Shown: in pieces, positions 30,801-39,541 of the stretch
Layout: each line of letters opens with the position of its first letter
How positions within the stretch are numbered: the first letter of the stretch is position 1
NCBI GenBank assembly: GCA_040143965.1
Contig: JASJQH010006917.1
Location: 1 to 39,541 of the forward strand
Reading direction: 5' to 3'
From: Basidiobolus ranarum
Lineage: Eukaryota
DNA: 39,541 bases
Program-made: the position numbers and the translations under genes
Notes under the pieces: generated by a model
The model's input: the letters and a program-made list of their open reading frames with translations, nothing else
Told to the model about the DNA's origin: nothing
Database searches by the model: none

Positions 30801-32254
30801 CATACTGCGAGTGGTCTTGAAAAACTTCCCACAGCTCTGGAGAAAATCGGCAGTCTCTTCCAGAGCGTCGGCGGGATATATCTACATTGTTGTAACATAT
30901 TAACTAGCGTATTCACCTAACAGAAACAATTACATATAAAAACTGACCTTTAACTTTAAGCATCGCATACCTCTAATGATCAACTCATACGAGCTTTCTC
31001 TTCCACCTTGTGGCTCTTTTTCAAGCTCAGCAATAAATCGGTCACTCATAGAAGTGAATCTGAAAAAGAGGATATGTTAAATGGGTCAACATATCTGGCA
31101 AATGTATTTTCAGTCTCTACCGGATATTAGACAGCCAGCCGATTAGCTCAGCATATAAGTTGACAATCGCTCGGTAAGCAGGCGATCTAAACAACGCCTC
31201 CCTGTATGACCAATAGGTAACTGTTAAAACAAGATTTGGAGAATTACTTTTAAAATCAGACATACGGATCGGCTGATTTCAGTTGATGAAATACGACTTC
31301 TTCAAGCTTGATTCCAAGGTCATTGGGGAGAGAACCAGATTTCAATTGTTTGATCACCTCTATTAAAGCTCGACACAAGATAAACTTTGTGATAAGCTTT
31401 CTCAAATTTGATTACATTATTATTGTGAAATTCGATAGTAACATATGAAATTCCAAGACTTCACAATACCAACCATTTTCCGGCGCTTCAACACATTTGC
31501 AGCTACCATCGCGGAAGCTTCTCTTCTGAAAAACGTATCAGGATTGCAACAATAAGTTATTTGAGTAACTATTAAATAAAACATACAAAGATCGTTTTCC
31601 ACTGGGAATTTCCATAGTTTCATTGACTTTACTCTCCCATGACATGAGGGACTCTATCACAGGGCTTGGTTGATATCGAGCAACTAGCCCTAAGGAAAGT
31701 AAAATTTTATCGAAAGCTCGGTCAGCGCCAATACTTAAATGACGAACGAATTCTGACTCAATCTGCTAGAGAAACAATTTAGTATCGGTTTGATAGTCTT
31801 CAGTACAATGACAGTAGTAAATGCTTGAAAAACACACCTGTTCACTTCGTAAGAACTCGCCAACTTTGCGCTCAGCTGTTTTTCCGAACTCTGTAAAAAT
31901 CGCCTCCAGGACAAATTCGGCCGGGGTTCGTGGCTGCTGATTCTCAGGTAATAATTTTGTATGTACAGATTCATTATTGGAGCTACCAGTTTCAAAGGTA
32001 GACGAAAAACTGTGAATATAAAGGCTTGGATTGTTATTAAGATTGTTAATTGGCTCAGGTATCATTCCATTTTGGTGGAAATTTTCTTGTGTTGGCGAAG
32101 CTAAAACTAAAGTAGAATCGTAGTCTGAATTCTGCTCTGAAATAGCCGAAATTTGAGAAGCCGGTGAATCAGGAACAGGTTGGAAGTTAGATATCTGCTT
32201 TGGTGAATTCGTCAGGTTAGCATCTGTCAAAATCTTCAAGTCAGGAGGCTCCAT
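24891..32254 (-). CDS. TAO3: Cell morphogenesis scaffold Tao3/Mor2/Furry (RAM/MOR network), >2000 aa
   Basis: Large HEAT-like exons (844- and 907-aa ORFs) joined to small 5' exons by GT-AG introns. Motifs RFTSMSDRFIAELE, LKLKIYPADALEETADFL, LIWVYLNRCTES, ISLNWATCCPVRNIACISFQIFR, MLADMLARLSNTISD. Confidence 0.9.
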
Positions 32255-32790
32255 TTATTTCAAGATGGCAAGAGCTCAACACAGGGAATTAATGTGAGCT
32301 TGAATGGTCACGCTTTACTGTATAAGCATGGATCCATTTATATACAATGAAAAATTGTAACATCATCAAATTTTATTATAACTTTTGTTGGTTAATGTAC
32401 CATCAATTCTTTTATACAATATCATTAATCCACACCTGTAAATACACTACTCTGGATATTAAGCTACAATCAACGCAATGGCCATATTCTCTTAGAATAG
32501 CTCACAGCTATTTTGAACGAAATCAGTTCTTTGGCAAATATCAGCCATGAAGTACTTAGTACTAAGATTATCAGTCAACATATAAAATCAAATTCCTGAA
32601 GACAGAAGTACGAAAAAAAGAATGTGTTTATTTCCGGGTATGGACGATCCTAGAGAGACCAGGAACCATAGGCTCAACGATCAGTTTTAGCAAAGTAATA
32701 TCCAGAATCCTCAAACTATTCCCATGTTTTAAGTAGCAGCTCCACGGGTATTCGAAACCCAAGTAAGCATGGGTAACTAACCGATCTAAT

Positions 32791-33098
32791 TTAGAGACCC
32801 AACTTGGTACGACGCCAGTGTCTACGCTTAGCGTTGTATCTGATTTTGTTGTCAGTTCTCAAACGGATCCAGTGAGGAATGGGTCTGTTTTGCTTTTGCT
32901 TCTTGCCAAGAATGCGCTTGATCTTGAAAGACTTTTGGGAAGGCTAAAAACCATAAATTAGAAAAAGTCAACTAAGATGTACAATAGCATAGCAAAGTGT
33001 CTTCTTCGACTTGATAAGACAATCAATTCGTTTTCACTGAGAGACAGTTGCGTATCATCAATTGATGGATGGATGTTTGAAAATAGATTTCTTACCAT
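32791..33098 (-). CDS. RPL39: 60S ribosomal protein L39 (eL39), 51 aa
   Basis: ATG-only first coding exon (33098-33096), GT-AG intron 33095-32944, exon 32943-32791: [51 protein letters not shown]. Confidence 0.98.
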
Positions 33099-33119
33099 GG
33101 TCACTAGAAACGTACAGCC

Positions 33120-33278
33120 AAAGAGGAAGAACCTTGTTAATTGAAATTTCTGGAGTGATAAATCAGTATCCAAAATTATGGGGTTTTTGTTTCTAACCCT
33201 ATTTCAAAATAAATAATTGGTAGCAATCTTCTCCCAAATTTTTGTTGTCGAAAAAACTTGAGAAAAATTACTGTGACA
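33120..33278. promoter_or_regulatory. RPL39/TRZ1 bidirectional promoter: pyrimidine (TOP-like) tract, telobox-like TAACCCTA, Homol-D-like TGTGACA
   Basis: TTCTTCCTCTTT on the minus strand at 33131-33120, TAACCCTA at 33194-33201, TGTGACA at 33272-33278. The start codons are 308 bp apart. Confidence 0.4.
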
Positions 33279-33406
33279 TGGGTCGTTGACACATCAAAGT
33301 TTAAAGCAAAGAAAGATATCAACAATTCAATTTCAAAAAAAAAATAAGCAATTTTTGTATCAATACCTTCTAGCCAAAGTTGCTAAGGAAGTGGTGTAGC
33401 CTAGCT

Positions 33407-36157
33407 ATGAAATCGTACATTCAGATATTAGGAGCGTCAACCACAGATGTCACACCCTCTGTGGTCGTGCATTTTGATTCTCAACGTTATTTGTTCAATT
33501 GTGGTGAAGGAACACAGCGTCTATGCATAGAAAAGAAAGTACGCTTAGCAAAATTGCAAAACATCTTTTTTACTAGAATAAATTGGGAAAATACTGGTGG
33601 AGTACCTGGTAAAGAGTTCAATAATGTCGAACCATTTGTATAAAATCCTCTAATGAAAATATTCCTTAGGGATGATGCTTACTTTGGCTGATGCGGGAAC
33701 CACCAAACTAACTCTACATGGTGGTCCCAATCTGACTCATTTTATTGCTGCTACTCGCAATTTCATTCAAAGGTAGAGAAAGCATCACTTTTTTGACTTG
33801 AGGCCGCAACGATCTAAACGCTGTAACTTTAGGTCTTCGCTCAAACTCAGCTTAAACGAAACAATGAAACCTTATCAAGACGAAAATTTGAATATGGCTA
33901 TCGTTCAGCTTCAACCTGATAGTAAGATTATGCAAAGCATTGACCCTACTTCTACGAGGAAAAGAAAACACCAAGATGAGTCAGCTAATAGTCTAGAGAC
34001 AAATGATGCAGATAATATTAGAGAAACTATACTTAAGAAGATGTTTGGGGAACGTAACATTAACGTATCCTTGTGCACAGAAGCTAGATCGGAAGTTCAA
34101 AAAGATCGAATTAACAAAAAATCTAGAGTGCAAGACTCTACCAGCGAGAGAAAGATGTATGAAAGGTTGCCCAAAGTTAATCGGTCCCATATTTCTTTGT
34201 GTTACATATGCCAAGGCCCTTCAGTTAAAGGAAAATTTGACGCTAAAACAGCCACAGAATTGGGTGTGCAACGTGGACCAGATTTTGGTATAGAGATAAT
34301 TTACTATATCTTGGGTTTTAGATCGTTGTAACTAATTTAAGCAGGCAAGTTGAAAAATGGACAGGCAGTTACCACACCAGAGGGTGTAGTCGTTAACCCC
34401 GAGCAAGTGGTCGGTCCATCTCGTCCTGGGACTGTAAGTAATACAACACATCACGTGTCATCTCGAACTTAGCACTAACATATCACAGAATTTCATGATT
34501 ATTGATTGTCCATCCACAGCCTATATCCCATCTTTGATTGAGGCTTCCGAATTCAAAGCATATCAAGGCTCTTCTAAAAAACTACAGGCTCACTGCATTG
34601 TTCACATGGTAGGCGACGATGTATTGGAGAGTAAGAAATATCAAAAATGGATAAACAAGTTTGGCTCCGAAACTCAGGTACTTTTACCAATTAACTTTAT
34701 TTATATAATATACTTATTTAATACATCTATAGCACATAGTATCTCATCCCAAACTTTGCTCCCAAGTCATCGCATTTACTGGTAGTGCTAGAGCTCAACT
34801 GAGGTTGTCTCAAATTGACAACAAGATATTTCCAATCCCATACTTCTCTAACAGTCCGGAAAAATTGCTTTCTTCAATTCCGAACTTGCCCAGGAATATT
34901 GTGGAAGCTTCAAGTCTTCTCGTGTATCACACCGAGCCGATACAGAAGTTGGATAAATCTGAAATTTTGCCACCATTCGACCCTGAGGACAGAGAGTTAA
35001 AATCCTTTCTTCACAAGCGTAAAGATTATGTTGGAGCAATCGCCAAACTAAATCGAGGACATACAAATATAGATCAGACAAAAACTTCTACTCACGATGT
35101 AGTAGTAACAACCTTAGGCACTGGCTCTTCTCTTCCATCTCGATACCGCAATGTAAGCTCAACTGTGATTACCATCCCTAACATCGGGTCCATTCTCTTG
35201 GACGCAGGAGAGGGAACTTATGGACAGCTGTACCGCCATCTTGGAGTTTTGAAATCGCATAACCAGATGATTGGCCAGAGTGTTAACGGCTTTCTTAAAT
35301 CGCTGAAATTCATCTTTGTATCACATCTACATGCCGATCATCATCTTGGCGTTATACGAGTTCTTGATAAATGGAATGAACTTCAAGGTGATACCCAAAA
35401 TCAGCCATTATATATTGTGGCACCGCTTAGATTTCAGACTTGGCTACAGGAGTATAATGACATACAAGAAATCGGACTAAGAAATATTCGCTTCATTAAT
35501 GCTGAAGACCTTGTTTATCACAAAAAGCGTCATTATACTCCGCATTATTTGAAAGGCCTGAAGGACATATTGAACTTTAAAGAGGTTAAAACCACTGATG
35601 TTATCCATTGTCCTTGGGCTTATGGAATAAGTTTAGAGCATGCCGATGGATGGAAACTTGTGTAAGTTCGTGGATTATTGGTAAAGATTCGCCATTAGCT
35701 AAATATTTTACTCTACAGCTACTCTGGAGATACTCGCCCCTGTGATAAGTTAGTTCAACTCGGAAAAGATGCCACATTGCTTATTCATGAAGCTACATTT
35801 GAGAATGAAAAGAAACAAGAAGCCATTGAGAAACGACATAGTACAACAGGTGAAGCTATTGATGTCAATGATAGGTATTTATCACCTTATGCAGAGCTAT
35901 ATATTTCAGAGCATGATAGCCTAATGACACATACTCTGCCATTCTTTAGGATGAACTCTAGCTTCTTGCTATTAACTCACTTTAGTCAGCGCTACCCTCA
36001 AGTGCCAGTATTTACCGAATCTCATGCGAAAGTAGGCATTAGTTTTGACTTAATGAGCATAAGGTTATCGGACTTGCCCAAATTATCTAGATTTATTCAG
36101 CCGTTGAAGGTTTTGTATCATAGCTCATATGGAGAATTAGACAGTGAAGAAGAATAG
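33407..36157 (+). CDS. TRZ1: tRNase Z long form (ELAC2/Trz1), metallo-beta-lactamase fold
   Basis: YLFNCGEGTQR, exosite GKFD...LGV..GPDFGKL, TLGTGSSLPSRYRNVSS, LLDAGEGT, SHLHADHHLG, YSGDTRPC, LIHEATF, HST, LTHFSQRYP. About seven GT-AG introns. Confidence 0.95.
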
Positions 36158-36557
36158 AATTATCTACTCTATTTAAACGCATTAATAAATTTCAGTTGGC
36201 TACCATATAAGAATCACCGTATATGGAAACCGCTAAATAATCATATCCAGGACTGTTTTTACTATGTTAGCATTAGCATAAATGCTGTATTTTTGATTGG
36301 CAATTAATCATTTTGTGACAGGGTTTGCAAAATCTTATCGAGAATGAGTTGGGTTGATTGGTTAGAGACATTCAAGTAAACCCTCACACTGGCTTTGATA
36401 GTTTTTTTCTTTGATATCCACTATTTATTTTTTTTCCTTTGGCGTCAGTACACCCTAGGAGAGTTTTTTTCTTCTAGTTTGAATAAATATTCAATTATAT
36501 ATAACTCTGCTTGTTTGATAGTATCCTGGTACTCCATACCTAACTGAACTTTAAAAC

Positions 36558-37718
36558 ATGGCTACTGCATTTTGGGGTCAGTACTAACTATTCCTTTACG
36601 TTGGTATTCACAACCTAACATATCTTTAGGTCTTCAAATCCTTCCCAACAAGACTTACTCTCAAGTTATTGAGGGTTCTTTCCGTATCTCCATGGTAAGT
36701 CCACTGTACCGTTATCTTGCCGTTGCCGTTTCAAATATTGATTATTGTTTCAACTCAAAGGCTTCTTTTGGAGATGAAGTCAAAGGAAAGCAACGCTCTT
36801 GCTTGAAAGTAGTGGTTGACGAACAAACCTATGTCTTATGTTCTTTGACACCAAATAAGGTCGAACAACAACCCTTAGATATTATCTTCACCGAAGGTGA
36901 AGAGATTACTTTCTCTGTTAATGGCGAAAAGTGTGTATATCTTCATAATCGTAAACTTATCTTGGAATCTATACTAATTAAATTTAGTACTATTCACCTC
37001 ACTGGTAATTATCTTCCCGATGATGAGGATGTAGAGTTCGATGAGGAAGATTTTGAAGATCTTGAGGAATTTGACAGTGAAGAAGAGTATGTACTGAAAA
37101 AATGCATTGTTATATGTTTACCGACGATCTCACCGAACTTGTGAATGTAGAGAGAATGTTAGCAGAATCGAAGAGTTAGAAGAAGAAGAAAAGGAGGAGG
37201 AAGAAATTCCTGTTCCAGCCAAGAAGCGTAAGCAGCCAAATGGTATTGTTAAAGAGGAAGCGCCCAAAAAGAAGTCTAAGGAAGAGAAGATCGCAGCCGC
37301 TAATACCAAGGAAGCTGAAGCCAAACCTAAGGCCAATAAGAAGAAACAGGAAGATAAGAAACCCGTCAAGGATGAACCTTCCACCAAAACCTTAGCTGGT
37401 GGACTTGTTATTGAGGACAAGACAGTCGGTAGCGGTGTTGCTGCAAAGAGAGGAAACAGGATTGGTATGCGTTATATTGGCCGTCTTACCAATGGTAAGA
37501 TCTTTGATCAAAACACTAGTGGTAAACCTTTTTGGTTCCGTCTCGGTGCTGGTGAAGTTATTTCTGGCTGGGACAAGGGTATTGCCGGTATGAAAGCTGG
37601 CGGTGAACGTAAATTAACTATCCCCGCTGCTCTTGCCTACGGTAGCCGTGGTGCTCCTCCAGATATTCCTGGAAATGCTACCTTAGTGTTCGAGGTCAAA
37701 CTCGTCCAAATTAAATAG
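36558..37718 (+). CDS. FPR4: Nuclear FKBP-type PPIase with N-terminal nucleoplasmin-like domain (Fpr3/Fpr4-like)
   Basis: MATAFWG|LQILP...[19 protein letters not shown]...IHLTGNY (NPL domain), acidic and basic linkers, and an FKBP domain ([42 protein letters not shown]). Four introns. Confidence 0.92.
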
Positions 37719-38713
37719 CTCCCATAGTGTATTCAGATAATTTAGAGTTTCGGTGCAAAGCATCTTTTGATTGTCACTTTCAGTTATATATATCTATGCA
37801 CCAATTTGTTTCATTTAATTAATTAAATTCTCGTCAAAACGTTCTGCTGACAGTATAGGATTGAATTCATGTTCGACATGAACATTTGTTGTCTTGAATA
37901 TTCAAATTGTTGTGCGTTGAGCAAGGTAATTTTCCTTTGATATATTTTACATCGACATTAATTACTCAAGGTTTGTGATAAAATGGCATTGTCTCACAGA
38001 ACTACCTTGTTGTCCTTTAAATATATCGTAGTCCAGTGACCAGAGTGGTAACTTAGTATATGAAGAAGCAGGATCTAAGGAGTATGTGAAAAAGTCGGTG
38101 GAAAGGAGACAACTCGTATATATATGGCTACAATATTGACTACTTTTACCAGTCGAATTCTTGGTGGTAATTCACAACCACTTGTTTGAAATGATATTTT
38201 GCGAAAACTCTCATTAACCGGAAACCAGTAGATACACCTCACAGTAGTAAAACCTTCAAATGTCGGGTGAGCTCTGGAGAGGTAATGGGCTGATGTTAGT
38301 GTAAGCTAATGATCCTACAATTCCCCACATGCTGCACCAAATAATGGTTTGCTGTACATATCAACTTCGAACAGATCGGGATATAGTATGTTAAATACAC
38401 CAAAAATGAAACTCAAATATTCTACATGTTTTACTACTAAACGAAAGATTATTTATATTAATTTTATGTTCCATTAATGAGGGAATAATGAGACCCCAAC
38501 TTATAAAACCGATTTTGCTGTTTGAGTATTTTAGACAGATAAATACTTAAAATATCCTTTTTAATAAAATCAACTCATTCAGATTAGTAAATGTTTTTTT
38601 TTATATCCCCTTCCCTCTCCAAAACAATCACCTCCCCTGCTTAGAAAATTATTAATACCATAGTTTCTGTGCAGTTGTCGTTAACCTACACTTCCTTTTA
38701 TTTCATCTAAGTC

Positions 38714-39541
38714 ATGGATCAGATCAGCCCTGAATTGATTGCTCAACTTCAAGGAAGCCTTGGCTCACTTGTCGGCCAACAATCTGGTTACATCAAATCT
38801 CTCCCTGAACCTGTCAAGCGTCGCATTTTTGCTTTGAAGCAGCTTCAAGTAAGTTCCCATCTCTTCAATATAATTTTACATCATTCAGTCACTAATATCA
38901 CATCGACCTGTAGGCTGAACATTCCGAGTTGGAAGCCCAATTCCATAAGGATATCCTCGAATTAGAGAAGAAGTACCTCGGTCTTTATACCCCTCTCTAC
39001 GAGAAGAGAAGCGATATTGTTGCCGGAAAAACTGAGCCTACTGAAGAACAAGTAGAAGCTGGTAAGAAGATTGATGAAGAGTTTACTGAGGAAATCAAAG
39101 AAACCATCAAGGAAGAGAGTGAGGCTGATGATGAGAGCCAAAACGCCAAGGGAGTTCCCGAATTTTGGTTGTCTGCCATGAAGAACCATGCTCAAATCGC
39201 TGATATGATCACCGAACAAGACCAAGAAGTTCTCAAATCCCTCTCTAATATTCGCTTAGCATACCTCGAGGAAAACCCAGGATTCAAGTTGGAGTTCGAT
39301 TTCGAAGAGAATGAATATTTCACCAATACCACTTTGACCAAGGCTTATTACTATCAACAATCTGCTGCTGCTGGTGATCTTGTCTTTGACCGCGCTGAGG
39401 GTACTGAGATTCAATGGAAAGAAGGCAAGAATTTATCCTTCACTGTTGAAACCAAGAAGCAAAGACACAAGAGCACCAACAAGACCAGAGTTGTTAAGAG
39501 AACTGTTCCTGCCGAAACTTTCTTCAACTTCTTCACTCCTA
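38714..39541 (+). CDS. NAP1: Nucleosome assembly protein 1 (5' part; truncated by the window end)
   Basis: Exon 38714-38848 (SGYIKSLPEPVKRRIFALKQLQ), intron 38849-38913, then LEKKYLGLYTPLYEKR, KGVPEFWLSAMKN, GFKLEFDFEENEYFTNTTLTKAY, TKKQRHK, TFFNFF. Confidence 0.95.

Noticed and set aside
38552-38691. ATATCCTTT plus TCGTTAAC...AC upstream of NAP1 as a U12 AT-AC 5'-UTR intron
   Set aside because: The branch is mismatched and too close to the AC, and the putative donor probably lies upstream of the TSS in AT-rich promoter DNA.

Overview
Gene-dense eukaryotic DNA with many short introns (mostly 55-80 nt), most consistent with an early-diverging (non-Dikarya) fungus. That assignment is an inference from fungal-type protein sequences plus retention of RABL6 and an apparent U12-type intron. 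By splicing manually I reconstruct 13 housekeeping genes in this order: MMTAG2/C1orf35-like (-), PIG-Z/SMP3 (-), GPN2 (-), SFT2 (+), RABL6 (-), YMC1-like mitochondrial carrier (-), PRP16/DHX38 (-), SAR1 (-), DUF1295 steroid-reductase-like (+), TAO3/Furry (-), RPL39 (-, missed by the ORF track), tRNase Z-L (+) and nucleoplasmin-FKBP FPR3/4 (+). The 5' part of NAP1 (+) follows at the window end. I found no tRNA, rRNA, CRISPR array, transposon or prokaryotic-type system. The most notable signals concern splicing: a minor-spliceosome (U12) GT-AG intron inside PRP16, two GC-AG introns, micro-exons (including a possible 4-nt start-codon exon in RABL6), and two atypically long introns. A 2.9-kb stretch (22.0-24.9 kb) has no intact gene but carries splice signals, broken frames and a compact predicted RNA three-way junction. 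I cannot claim a new biological system from the sequence alone.
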